A DNA stretch of 64,000 nt, taken from Octopus vulgaris. Lineage: Eukaryota. The stretch covers positions 14,880,001-14,944,000 of the forward strand of contig OX597814.1 of the NCBI GenBank assembly GCA_951406725.2. Reading direction: 5' to 3'. The position numbers were made by a program, and so were the translations under genes. Positions 12,781 through 25,586 of this stretch are shown here, one piece after another; position 1 is the stretch's first letter, and the number at the start of each line of letters is the position of its first letter. The notes under the pieces were generated by a model that worked only from the letters and a program-made list of their open reading frames with translations, had not been told where the DNA came from and ran no database searches.

Positions 12781-13950
12781 TAAATGATCTAATGCAGTAC
12801 CAGGCAGTGGCTCTCATGGCTTCTGTTCTTAACTGATTGGAAATGTTATCATGTACATCGTTTTGTCTTGGTACCTGCGGCGAGTGAGAAAAAGTTTTGG
12901 ATTCAAAACTGAATGCCAGAAACAAAATTTGGGCCCTCAGTATTTTGATACGGTGCTGGAATTCGGAAGTGGACAACAGATGAGCTGAAAGAGTTGGATA
13001 GCAAAACGAGAAATCTAAAAATGCATGAAGTTTACCATCCACAAGCAGACACTGATCGCCTATACATGAAGAGAGCAAATGGAGAAAGGTGTCAGATAAA
13101 TGTGGAAGACTGCCAACGTATTGAACTCAGGTGCTTACTGAGGTACCTACTCCAAAATAAGGAAAACTTATTCGTGAGAGTTAGAGATGTAGGCATATCA
13201 AAAGCGTGGAAAAGGAGGAAAACAAAACAACAAGTACAAAAAAGAAAAGTTCTATGCAAAAAAGGCGCAGGAGTGGCTGTGTGGCAAGTAGCTTGTTTAC
13301 CAACCACATGGTTCCGGATTCAGTGCCACTGCGTAGCACCTTGGGCAAGTGTCTACTACTATAGCCTCGGGCCGACCAAAGCCTTGTGAGTGGATTTGGT
13401 AGACGGAAACTGAAAGAAACCCGTCGTATATATGTATAAGTATATATGTATGTGTGTGTTTGTGTGTCTGTGTTTGTCCCCCTAGCGATGCTGGTGTGTT
13501 TATGTCCCCGTTACTTAGCGGTTCGGCAAAAGAGACCGATAGAATAAGTACTGGGCTTGCAAAAAAGAATAAGTCACGGGGTCGATTATTGCACCTCTGA
13601 TCACGAGCAGAAGTAGTGGGGGGGGGCATCATAGCCGTGTGTTGAAATGAATTCTTAGAGGTTTGGATAATTCACCTACGGAAATATGGGTATTTCTTTC
13701 AACATCCTTAAACAACCCTTATTGTGGGATCTTTTGTGTGGAACGGACTACTTAACCTGATGAAAATTCAAATAAGGCCCCACCTGCACGATCATGCGCT
13801 GTTTATTTTGATATGAGATCACCATGTCGCGTAGATATGGTTGTCATGCATGTGTCTGGTTTACCTTTATCAGACGAGTAGTCAAGGAGATAATTGGCTT
13901 TGTATGCTTGTAATCCAGTGTCACTTTGATGGCACGTCATGTTCTCTCAA
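12781..13950 (+). mobile_element. (AAT)n-associated element E split by an R4/Dong-like RT fragment (~12875-13260) and a family A SINE (~13263-13590)
   Basis: E 5' part 12781-12875, E 3' part 13590-13950; insert translates to VRKVLDSKLNARNK..HPQADTDRLYMKR. Confidence 0.75.
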
Positions 13951-14185
13951 TCAATAATAATAATAATATTTGTAATAACAACAAGAATAACAACAGCAAA
14001 AATTATGATGATGATGATGATGACGACGACGACGACGACGACGATGATGTCAGTGAACATCAAGTGACGTTTGATATGCAGGAACGCTACATATTGCTCC
14101 GAAAATTATCCAGTGCTATTGTTGAAATAATCAACAAATGAAACCGAGAAAAGAAAACACTGATAAAATGTTAAACCATAATTGA

Positions 14186-14670
14186 ATAAGTTAGTTAGTT
14201 AGTTAGTTAATTTGGCTCAAAAGCAAAAAGCAAGGCCGTGTAGGGGGACATGGAGTTATGTACGGGGTGGTGTTCATGTAAAGAGTTCAGGCCACTTGAG
14301 GTCAAGGGAGGCTTTGAACAAAGCGGTCGTCGGCATCTTCACCATCTCGTCTGGCAGCTTGTTCCACGGATCCAAAGCTCCTCTCCTTCGATTGAGATGA
14401 AATCGTCGCAGGTAGAGCTTTTCGGAATGACCCCGCAGCCGACGCTCTGGAGCAGGAGTGAAGAACAGCTCTTTCGAGAGGTTACACTTTCCGCTTATGA
14501 TGTTGTGGGCGAGAATGAGATCACCACGGCGGCGGCGTTTTTCAAGAGAATAAAGGTCGAGCGTCCTCAGCCTTTCTTCGTAGGACAAATTTTTGAGACC
14601 ATGAACCATGCGGGTAGCCAGCTTCTGGACTCTAATACACAAAAAAAGGTTGCTTCTCTTTTTCACATAT
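14186..14670 (-). mobile_element. CR1-type LINE 3' end
   Basis: VQKLATRMVHGLKNLSYEERLRTLDLYSLEKRRRRGDLI...WNKLP, followed by an (AACT)n tail. Confidence 0.9.
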
Positions 14671-15559
14671 GAAATCATACATTACAAAAGTTTAGTGACT
14701 GTGTGGTAAGGAGGTTGCTTCCCAACCATGTGGTACCTTGGACTACTGTCTTCTACTCTAGCCTCGGGCCGACCAAAGCCTTGTGAGTTGATTTGGTAGA
14801 CGGAAACTGAAAGAAGCCAGCCGTACATATACATATATATACATGTGTATGTCTCTTTGTGTCTGTGTTTATCCACTCGCCCATTATCGCTTGACAACCA
14901 GTGTTGGTGTTTTTACGTCTCCGTAACTTAGCGGTTCCGCAAAAGTGAGCTATAGAATAAGTATTGGGTTCGATTCATTCGAGTAAAAATTCAAGGCAGG
15001 GCCGCAGTCTAATGACTGTTACAAATAATAAGATACAAGATAAAAAAGATATCCAATATTCCTGCAACACGAATAAGCACAAACGAATACGGTTAATAAC
15101 AGACTACATCAAAGACAAGAGAAGAAAGATAATTCAAGTGTTACCCGTATTATTTAGCCGAATAATCATAAACAGGAAATGCGCACTTTGACTTATTACA
15201 CAAAAAGTACAAAAATTACGAGTACAAGACTCTCCAACACTAGAAACAATCGGGATCAGTTCCCGACGTATATGATGACAATTTAAATAGAGGGTCACAT
15301 TTTGTTCCTCACATCTCGCAAATAAAACCGAAAATACATAAATAGCATCCGAGAAAGGTTGCTATTCTGCATACATACTTTACAGCAGTACTCTACCAAC
15401 AAAGCGGAACTACAGTATATTTGTATAGCAGCCGTCATGTATCGTACGCTTTTTGCGAAAGCTTTCCCGATGAAGCGCGAGTTCTCGCATTGGACGAAGC
15501 TATAGCGATACCATCGTACTGACATTCTCACAATGTTTTATTGTTAGAGACATTGGAGT

Positions 15560-15662
15560 GGTTTCTTGTAAAAGTCTCCACTGCTTTCGTTTTGGGTCTT
15601 TTTTCTCGCTCTTTGTAAGCCTCTTATTTTTTCCAACCGCCATAACCAAAGGTCAGAAGAAG
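15560..15662 (-). pseudogene. RPS3A: RPS3A (eS1) processed pseudogene, inverted 5' segment
   Basis: Minus strand CTTCTTCTGACCTTTGGTT-ATG (15643) then MAVGKNKRLTKSEKK, the eS1 N-terminus with a 5'TOP-like leader. Confidence 0.9.
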
Positions 15663-16630
15663 TATGATGTCAAAGCCCCTGGTATTTTCCGTATTAGACA
15701 TCTCGGCGAAATTTTAGGAGCTGGAACACAAAGTACTAAGTACTAAAATTGCATTGGGGGTTCTGAAATGATGCCTTCTTGAAATATCTCTAGCAGGTCT
15801 TGGAAATGAAGAAATTACCTTCTGAAACATGAAGCTGATCGTTCTTACCAATTCCCACGGTATGGATCTGACCAGAAATAAACCCTGATCCGTGTTGAAG
15901 AAATGACAGGCTTTGATTCAGGCATATGTCGATGTACGAAACACTGCCGGATGTCGGTCTACAATGATCTGCATTGGTCTCACAATAAAAAACCCAACCA
16001 AAACAAGAAGACATGTTTTATTCAGCATGTTAAAGTAAAACTTATCTGGGAAAATGGGAAATTATTGCTAATGACATGAAAGAGGTGGTCAACAAACTCA
16101 TCGGTAAGGAGATTCAAAAAACGTCTCAAAGTAATCACTCCTTTTTTCACTTTTACACATTCTTTCACACATTCTTTCACATTCTTTCACACTCTTTTTT
16201 CTCATTTTCTCTTCTTGTTTTCATTTTCTCTTCCTCTTTCTTTCCTTCTTCTTTTCTCACCTTTTCCTTTTGACCTCTCTCCTCATTTTAACATACACAT
16301 CTCTTCTTCACTCTCTTTCCACTTAATACTACCACTACATTCTCAAATTTTCATTCACATCACAAGACCCCTTCTAATGAACAGCATATGGAATCTACGT
16401 CTCCACACTTTCCATTTGTAATGACGAAATATGAACTCGTATGTCTTCAGCAGGAAAGTTTTTGAAGAAACCTAAATGTTACCTTCGCAAATTGATGCAG
16501 CTACATCATGAAGTAACAGCACAACTGGTGCATCTGGCAGAGAAACTGGGAAGGATTCCAGACCAGTGGGTTGTGAACCACCTGTTCTAGTAAAATATCT
16601 GGAGAACGGTATTCTTGCATTTAATTTATA
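15663..16630 (+). pseudogene. RPS3A: RPS3A (eS1) processed pseudogene, sense segment
   Basis: YDVKAPGIF, LTNSHGMDLTRNK, IQAYVDV, NDMKEVVNKLI, LKKPKC..KLMQLH, CEPPV; no introns, multiple stops; foreign insert ~16141-16440. Confidence 0.9.
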
Positions 16631-16782
16631 AAGCGGCAAAAATAATTAGAAATATCATTCCTGGCTCTTTTGTGAAGTATATAATTCTGTACAAAGAACT
16701 ATTTCTAATTCCACTATATGTGTGTGTGTGTGTGTGTATGCGTCTGTGAGGGGGAAGGACGTGAGAGACCGAGGGAGAGCGA

Positions 16783-16845
<63 letters not shown>

Positions 16846-16847
<2 letters not shown>

Positions 16848-16987
16848 TAGCTTGATAACCAACCACATGGTTCCGGGTTCAGTCCCATTGCGTGGCATCT
16901 TGGGCAAGTGTCTTCTGCTATAGCCCTGGGCCGACCAATGCCTTGTGAGTGGATTTGTTAGACGGAAACTGAAAGAAGCCTGTCGTA

Positions 16988-17064
<77 letters not shown>

Positions 17065-17273
17065 TTGTGTGTCTGTGTTTGTCCCCCTAGCATTGCTTGA
17101 CAACCGATGCTGGTGTGTTTACGTCCCCGTCACTTAGCGGTTCGGCAAAAATGACCGATAGAATAAGTACTGGGCTTACAAAGAATAAGTCCCGGGGTCG
17201 ATTTGATCGACTAAAGGCGGTGCTCCAGCATGGTCTCAGACAAATGACAGAAACATGGTAAAAGAGTAAAAGA

Positions 17274-17275
<2 letters not shown>
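16846..17275 (+). mobile_element. tRNA-derived SINE, family A
   Basis: Family A body and tail. Confidence 0.85.
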
Positions 17276-17316
<41 letters not shown>

Positions 17317-17382
17317 AAATAAAGTGAGATAGCAAATCTAAGGCTATGTGGAATTTTCAAGATATTGATAAAGAGAAAGTTA

Positions 17383-17439
17383 GTCTTACAGCTGTTTCTG
17401 GGATATTAGGGATATTAGGGATATCCCTTCATCAGAGAC
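17383..17439 (-). ncRNA. Minimal type I hammerhead ribozyme, intact core
   Basis: GTCT-CTGATGA-A-GGGATAT..ATATCCC-A-GAAACAGCTGTA-AGAC: stem I GTCT/AGAC, stem II, palindromic stem III ACAGCTGT, GUA cleavage triplet. Confidence 0.85.
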
Positions 17440-17539
17440 AATGTGAGATGATTAAATAGAAGGGAATATTAGCATTCAATACAAGTAGTTATTTTGGAAA
17501 AGGAAAGAAATAAGGAGTAACCCGTACGCATGTATGCCA

Positions 17540-17910
17540 ATGCAAGAATAATAATTACCGTTCTCCAGATATTGTACTAGTACGGGTGGTTCACAACCCA
17601 CTGGTCTGGAAACCTTCCTAGTTTCTCTGCCAGATGTACCAGTTGTGCTGCCAGATGTACCAGTTGTAGCTGCATCAATTTGCGAAGATCACATTTAGGT
17701 TTCTTCAAAAACCTTCCTGTTGAAGACATCGCGTTGAGGGTGGTTACCTTGACACGCTTTTTTTGGATCTCTTTATCGATACTACCAGTGATGAGTTTGT
17801 TGACCACCTCTTTCATGTCATTAGCAATAATTTCTCATTTTCCCAGATAAGTTTTACTTTAATATTTTGAATAAAATATGTCTTCTTGTTTTGGATGGGT
17901 TTCTTATTGC
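17540..17910 (-). pseudogene. RPS3A: Second, partial RPS3A pseudogene copy (3' half), inverted relative to the first
   Basis: MKEVVNKLITGSIDKEIQK..LKKPKCDLRKLMQL; mirrors ~15980-16620 without the insert. Confidence 0.85.
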
Positions 17911-18091
17911 GATATATATTTCGTTTTTGGATTTGAAAAGGAGTCAAGACTATTGAAAAAGGTTGCAAGACGCAACGAAGATTTTAAGAAAATAAAAATA
18001 AGGAATAAGTGGAAATTTTACCAGTGAGTGTGTTAAATTATAAGGCACAAAAAGAAAATGTCTCTCCCCAGACACAACAGAATATATATAT

Positions 18092-18148
<57 letters not shown>

Positions 18149-19072
18149 TCATAGATATATGCATATATACAAATACATACATATATATATATATATATAC
18201 ATGCTCACACATACCTATAAATATATGCATATTCACGCATACACATGCATACATATACACGCTTATATGCACTCGTACACACACATACAAGCACACACAC
18301 GCGCAAACACACAAACGCACACACAACACACATACTCATATATATATACATACGCTCATACATCTGCATACCTATACACATCCACGTCCATATATGTAAT
18401 ATCAAATAATTAAAACAAAAGATTGGAGTGTTAAAAAATTAATAGGAGATTACCTAAGGGGTGTTCGGGATGTGTGCTGTGTGGTTATTTAGGTTACATT
18501 TAGATTTGTGGTAAAATTTGAAGGTATGGAAAGATCGGTGGTTGCATGTATCTAGGGCCTCATTATATTTATTTAGAAGTACTGAAGAGTTGTGTTTTAA
18601 TAGAACCATATATATATATATAGGGTGAACTATAGAATTTTAAACGGCGATACGCTGCGCATCTCAATTCTTTTAGATACGAGAAACAATAAATCCACAA
18701 CACTCGCCAATCACATACAACGTCTCAAAAATACAAATATTCCCTACATCTTGTCATATTCCATAATAGATTCAGAGCTTTCATACCAGGGTCAACGCTC
18801 CGCCTGTAAGCTTTGCCTAAGAGAGTAATTCCACATATTATAATACAACTCTTAAAATGCAACTCTTAGGTAATCTCCAACAACCCTAATTGACCTTCCA
18901 TTAATCTTGTTTTAATTGTTTAAAACTAAATATACGGACATATACGTATGAGGATTATATGCGTATGTATATATATATATATGTGTACATGTGCGTGTAC
19001 GTGTGCATGTATGCGTGTATGTCAGCACTTGTATTCGTATATGCATATATTTATGGGTATGTCTGTGTGTGC

Positions 19073-19116
<44 letters not shown>

Positions 19117-19125
19117 ATATATATA

Positions 19126-19213
<88 letters not shown>

Positions 19214-20107
19214 TATATGCATACATACATAGTATTTAATATGCATGAGTACGCAGGCCTATAAAATAGTGTATACGCACAACACATATATGTTCGTGTG
19301 CATGCGCGTGCGTATATCAATAAATACTTCTTTCCTTCTCGCCAATTCCACAACCTACACTATCACATTAGCCAGCACATTAAAAGCATACGTCTATCTA
19401 TAGAAACTTGATCATTCTTAGTATTCTTCCCTTCCATTTTGCGGTTTACTATTCACTTTAGAACACCCGACTCCTATACCGTTTTCTTTACCATCCGTCA
19501 GTGCCATTCTAACATATCACCCCACCTCACACACCTCACACATATTCATCACTTACAGTCTTATTTCCTAATATCCTCCCCTACTCCTCTCCCACCAGGC
19601 TCATAATATCTTGACCACCAACCAACACTCCTTTTTTCTCTTTTTCACATTCACTCTTTTTTCTCATTTCCCCTTCCTCTTTCTTTCCTTCTTCTTTTCT
19701 CACCTTTTCCTTTTGACCTCTCTCCTCATTTTAACATACACATCTCTTCTTCACTCTCTTTCCACTTAATACTACCACTACATTCTCAAATTTTCATTCA
19801 CATCACAAGACCCCTTCTAATGAACAGCATATGGAATCTACGTCTCCACACTTTCCATTTGTAATGACGAAATATGAGCTCGTATTGGAATTTACATACC
19901 ACGGACGAGAAGTATTTCTACCTCTTCTACACACCACATTCCTTGGATAATGGAACTGCAACTATAACTTCTTTATATAGTTTTATCTTTATTTTCATTT
20001 CTGCATTCATTCTCTTATTTCCCTCTATACTCCTTATTTCCTTCCTTTTCCGAAATAAATTCTTATATTGAACTTTAATATTTCTCTCTATTCAACAATC
20101 TCACGTC

Positions 20108-20155
20108 GTCTCTAATGAAGGGATATCCCTAATATCCCAGAAACAGCTGTAAGAC
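20108..20155 (+). ncRNA. Hammerhead ribozyme motif with core mutation
   Basis: GTCT-CTAATGA-AGGGATATCCCTAATATCCC-AGAAACAGCTGTA-AGAC; CTGATGA changed to CTAATGA. Confidence 0.75.
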
Positions 20156-20374
20156 TAACTTTCTCTTTATAATTGTCCTGAAAATTTCACCAAGCCTTGG
20201 CTTCGATGTCTCATCTTTTATTTAACATATACATGCTTATACAAGAACCGCACTAAATCTCTCACTCATATTATTATCGACCCGAGAATTTAACTACAGT
20301 CCTTCCATAGCACTTACATAGCGCTACCTTATACCTTGAGTTTTCTGGATACCAATACCTCTCATACCTTTTAA

Positions 20375-20432
<58 letters not shown>

Positions 20433-20450
20433 GTATATTATATATGTATA

Positions 20451-20481
<31 letters not shown>

Positions 20482-20991
20482 ATAATTCTTTACTACCCAC
20501 AAGGGGCTAAACACAGAGGGGACAAGCAAGGACAGACAAACAAGACTATTATATGTGCGGCTTCAGCTATTTGTCATTTTCTTTGATATCTAAGTAAATC
20601 ATAGTCATATGTTATACACCTGTAGCACGATAACTAAACCATTTTCGATGAAGCGAGAGTCCTCCAGCTGCGCTGCTATATTCGTCTCGATATTTTCCAT
20701 CCACTGCGTACTTTGCCTGCCTTTCGATCTACTGCTCTTTATACTTACTTCCATGAAAGTATTTTCAAAACCTCTACTTCTTCGTATATGGCTACAATAC
20801 ATGAACTTTTGTTTTATCACAATGTTCATGACTTGTCGACTTTCACCTAGTTTTTTCTGATGATCCTCGTAGAAGGCTCGTAATATTCTCCTATACACCC
20901 ACATTAAAAACGTATTGTTTTATGTTCTTTTCAAATGTGTTGAATGTCCGTGATTCGCAGCCATGAATGCTTAATGGCCAAATAAGCGCTC

Positions 20992-21403
20992 ACTCTCTTT
21001 ACTCTTTTACTTGTTTCAGTCATTTGACTACGGCCATGCTGGAGCACCGCCTTTTAGTCGAGAAAATCGACCCCGGGACTTATTCTTTGTAAGCCCAGTA
21101 CTTATTCTATCGGTCTCTTTTGCCGAACCGCTAAGTGACGGGGACGTAAACACACCAGCATCGGATGTGAAGCAATGCTAGGGGACAAACATAGACACAC
21201 AAACACATACACACACATATACATATATATACATATATACGACAGGCTTCTTTCAGTTTCCGTCTACCAAATCCACTCACAAGGCATTGGTCGGCCAAGG
21301 GCTATAGCAGAAGACACTTGCCCAAGAAGCCACGCAGTGGGACTGAACCCGGAACCATGTGGTTGGTTAGCAAGCTACTTACCACACAGCCACTCCTGCG
21401 CCT
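20992..21403 (-). mobile_element. tRNA-derived SINE, family A (full length)
   Basis: Head GGCGCAGGAGTGGCTGTGTGGTAAG through to tail. Confidence 0.9.
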
Positions 21404-22029
21404 TTTAAAAAAAAAAACTTAGTTGGGACACCGTCGCTACTCCAGATGTTATTAAGCCTTTTCATAGACGTTATTGCATTGGCTAGCCGTCTCTTCATGA
21501 TTTTCTTAAAGAGATTTGGGCTTCAAGATACTTGTACAATTCAACCTGTTCGAGACTCCCACTACCCATTTTAATATTAACATTTAATTTCTCTTTTCCA
21601 ACTACCATGACTTTTGTTTCCTTATGGTTGAGATAAAGAGCTTACTTATTCGAGACCTTCTCGACTCGATTTATCATTTCTTCGGTTTCAATGTTAGCAA
21701 GCATAAGCAGTATCGTTTGCATTCCTTAGATTAGAAATATGCAAGCCATGTATTTTGATGCCACCTTTTTTCCTGTGTTGCTTCTCGCATTAACCACTCA
21801 GTGTGACGTCGAACAAGAATAGAGAAAGAACTCCTTTCTCATATTTGAACTCTTCTGTGTTCTCGTTTACTCGAATACAGGTTTCTTGCTAAATGTAGAG
21901 CTGCCTGATGAGCTTAATAAAGCGTTTCGGAATGCCGAGATTGGATAAGAGCACCATATGTTGCTATAGTTTGTACAGTGTAAGGCCATTTTGTAGTCAA
22001 TGTAGGAAAGGAAATTTTTATAGGTGTGT

Positions 22030-22237
22030 TACTCTTTTACTTGTTTCAGTCATTTGCCTGCGGCCATGCTGGAGCACCGCCTTTAATCGAGCAACTCGAC
22101 CCCGGGACTTATTCTATCGGTCCCTTTTGCCGAACCGCTAAGTGACGGGGACATAAACACACCAGCGTCGGTTGTCAAGCGATGTTGGGGGGACAAACAC
22201 AGACATACAAACATACACACACACACACACACAAACG

Positions 22238-22305
<68 letters not shown>

Positions 22306-22468
22306 TACGACGGGCTTCTTTCAGTTTCCGTCTACAAAATCCACTCACAAGGCTTTGGTCGGCCCGAGGCTATAGTAGAAGACACTTGCCCAAGGTGCCA
22401 CGCAGTGGGACTGAACCCGGAACCATGTGGTTGGTAAACAAGCTACTTACCACACACACCCACTCCTC
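22030..22468 (-). mobile_element. tRNA-derived SINE, family A
   Basis: Family A match. Confidence 0.85.
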
Positions 22469-22741
22469 TTATTTAGTTTTTTTTCTAAAATTGTGTGGAC
22501 ATTGTGCAGATGATCTCTTGTCCAATGACCGCTTCTAAAGTCAGCCTGCTTTTTAGCTATTTCTTGTTCGGGGAATGGTTTCAAAGATTCTAAGATGATG
22601 ATGAAAAGTACTTTACTTTCATGTGGTATCAGAGAAAATATCTAGGAAATTTTCACACATAAGCAGCTCCCCCTCTTCGTTTATGGGTACATCGTCTGCT
22701 GTGCACCAGTCTGACGGCCATTCTTCTACTCTGCAGATCTA

Positions 22742-23113
22742 GTGGAGGCGCAATGGCCCAGTGGTTAGGGCAGCGGACTCGCGGTTTCGATTCCCAGACC
22801 GGGCGTTGTGAGTGTTTATTGAGCGAAAACACCTAAAGCTCCACGAGGCTCCGGCAGGGGATGGTGGTGATCCCTGCTGTACTCTTTCACCACAACTTGC
22901 TCTCACTCTTACTTCCTGTTTCTGTTGTACCTGTATTTCAAAGGGCCGGCCTTGTCACTCTCTGTGTCACTCTGAATATCCTCGAGAACTACGTTAAGGG
23001 TACACGTGTCTGTGGAGTGCTCAGCCACTTACACGTTAATTTCACGAGCAGGCTGTTCCGTCGATTCGGATCAACCGGAACCCTCATCGTCGTAACCGAC
23101 GGAGTGCTTCCAC
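22742..23113 (+). mobile_element. tRNA-derived SINE, family C
   Basis: Head GGAGGCGCAATGGCCCAGTGGTTAGGGC..GGTTTCGATTCCC; target duplication ACTCTGCAGATCTA. Confidence 0.9.
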
Positions 23114-24343
23114 CACTCTGCAGATCTAACAGCATAGTTTGCGGAGTGTTGTTATGGCACTCTCTCCTCTCCCCCTGATCAGTTAAATAGGTATTGCATC
23201 TAGACCTGATGTTTTCCTGTGTTTTATTAGTCGTTTCCAGAACTTTTTCTACCTCATTTCTTAATGGTTCAAGTTCTTTCTCATGCCCTTAATCTGTGTC
23301 AACCATGGCGACCTTCGGATCACTAACTTAGAATTTCTTGGTGCATTATGACCATTTTAGCATTACTTGTTGAGCTGCTGTTAGGACTAATCCTTCTTAT
23401 CACTTGATATTGCCAGTCTTTGCAGTATATTCTTCATCGAGTTTCTTCACCTGTTGAAAACAACCTTTCCATTTATTGCGTTTGGCTTCTTCTATATTCT
23501 CACTGAAATTGGTTATGCATTAATTTTTATCTTTCAGACATTCTCGTTTATCTTCTTCGTAGATCTTTGTGTAAATATCAGCTTTGGTATCTCAAAATTA
23601 TTTTGGAAGCTTTCACATCAATGACAATTTTAGTAACATTAGTTAACACAAATAAACATACATCAAAACGAAGTAAAACACAAATTTTTACTCGATTGCA
23701 ATTTCAGACCAATTTGAAATTCACTTGAAGATACAAACATCAACGTCAAACGGTTAACAGTAATGTCGTTCTTTAAATTCACAGCGTATGAAAATATCTT
23801 GCATATTGTCCAGTTATCTCGTGTATTATCACTGAGAATAATACTCAGAAATATTGTGGTATTTACTTAAGGACTTCGAGGCCTGTCACCACAAATCTCA
23901 GAGCAGTTTTGTTTCCTAATAGACAGAATATGAGAGACACATTTATATGTGTGTGCGTGAGTGTCCATATACAAGCAATCGTTTACACACAAACACAAAC
24001 ATATGCGTACATAAATAAATAATACCTACCGACCTCCACCACATACACACGCACCACACATACACACACAGCACACGCGCACACACCACACACACACATC
24101 TTTTATCTTTTACTTGCTTGCCATTGGTCGCGGCCATGCAGGGGCACATTCTTGAAAAGTTTAGTCGAACAAATCGTTCACAGTACATGTTTTTTAAAGT
24201 CTGGTATTTATTCGATTGGTATCTTCTGCCGAAGTGCTAAGCTACGAGGACGTAAACAAACCAACAACTGTAGCCGATCGGCGGTGGGGGTCTAATATAA
24301 AGACAAACATAACAACAAACATGCAATACATGCATATACACAC

Positions 24344-24384
<41 letters not shown>

Positions 24385-24603
24385 AAGTAAAATTTTCTTA
24401 TAAAGTATATTTTTAAGTACACTTCACAATATATGGACTGTATTAAGAAGTGCTCATCGCGAGTTAAATCGAAGGATAAGGGAAATTTTAGAAGGAACAA
24501 ATCCATGCAATCAAATAGAAATTCACAATAAAATTTTAAACACACAACTAAATAAGTATACATATGAATCAATTCGAACAGTTCCTTCTAAAATGTCCCT
24601 TAT

Positions 24604-24658
<55 letters not shown>

Positions 24659-24679
24659 TATATATATGTATAGTATATG

Positions 24680-24711
<32 letters not shown>

Positions 24712-24764
24712 TGTATGTATGTATATAACTCTAACAAATGACTGAAATAAGTAAAAGAATACAA

Positions 24765-24800
<36 letters not shown>

Positions 24801-25118
24801 GTGTGTGTAGAGAGAAAGAGAGATACAGCAAAGTTTAGTCGGTTTCTGGTTGGTTTTAGTAGGGGGTATTTGCCCTAATTGCCACGCCTAGGAAAGCAAA
24901 CTTCATACCACGTTGCCTTGCCTGCGTTGAACCTTCGACAAGTGTCTTCTGTTATAGCTCGTGTCGAAAATGCCAAGTGAGTGGCGTTGGTAGACGAAAA
25001 CCGTGTGCGTGTGAGTGTGTGTGTGTGTGTGTCCTGCGTGTGTGTGTGTGTTAGTGTGGATGTGTGCCTCTCTGTGTGTGCTTGTGTTTGTGTATGTGTG
25101 TGTGTTCCTGTGTATGTA

Positions 25119-25505
25119 ATGGAAGCACTCCGTCGGTTACGACGACGAGGGTTCCGGTTGATCCGAATCAACGGAACAGCCTGCTCGTGAAATTAACGTG
25201 TAAGTGGCTGAGCACTCCACAGACACGTGTACCCTTAACGTAGTTCTCGGGGATATTCAGCGTGACACAGAGAGTGACAAGGCTGGCCCTTTGAAATATA
25301 GGTACAACAGAATCAGGAAGTAAGAGTGAAAGAAAGTTGTGGTGAAAGAGTACAGCAGTGATCACCACCATCCCCTGCCGGAGCCTCGTGGAGATTTTAG
25401 GAGTTTTCGCTCAATAAACACTCACAACGCCCGGTCTGGGAATCGAAACCGCGATCCTACGACCGCGAGTCCGCTGCCCTAAACACTGGGCCATTGCGCC
25501 TCCAC
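25119..25505 (-). mobile_element. tRNA-derived SINE, family C
   Basis: Reverse complement of the 22742 copy; target duplication TGTGTATGTAAT. Confidence 0.9.
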
Positions 25506-25571
25506 TGTGTATGTAATAATGGTTAAATGGTTACTGACCTAAATATATTAGATAATATTAAGTTTACTTAC

Positions 25572-25586
25572 TTTCGCGAATTTCAT
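25572..25586 (-). CDS. IL17: Putative coding exon 1 (MKFAK) of the IL-17-like gene at 11517-12020
   Basis: acaATGAAATTCGCGAAA|gtaagt has the same layout as acaATGAAGACATCTACA|gtaagt; a phase-0 join gives a signal peptide; TATA-like sequence ~25713-25725. Confidence 0.7.

Larger units (their letters stand above)
17313..20350. mobile_element. Rearranged Penelope-like retroelement remnant with inverted terminal segments
   Basis: ~18640-18850 (+) encodes STTLANHIQRLK..Y.....CKLCLRE (C-terminal part of a PLE GIY-YIG domain); 17313-17500 (-) mirrors ~20050-20230 (+); both ends carry hammerhead motifs; embedded in (TA)n. Confidence 0.75.
20600..23560 (-). mobile_element. Decayed RTE-like LINE interrupted by three SINEs
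   Basis: MWVYRRILR..Y.SHIRR...EVSIKSSRSKGRQSTQWMENI at the 3' end; further degraded RT-like fragments upstream. Confidence 0.7.

Noticed and set aside
22742-22810. tRNA-like sequences at SINE heads
   Set aside because: They continue into repeated SINE bodies, several with target duplications, and no complete cloverleaf was seen
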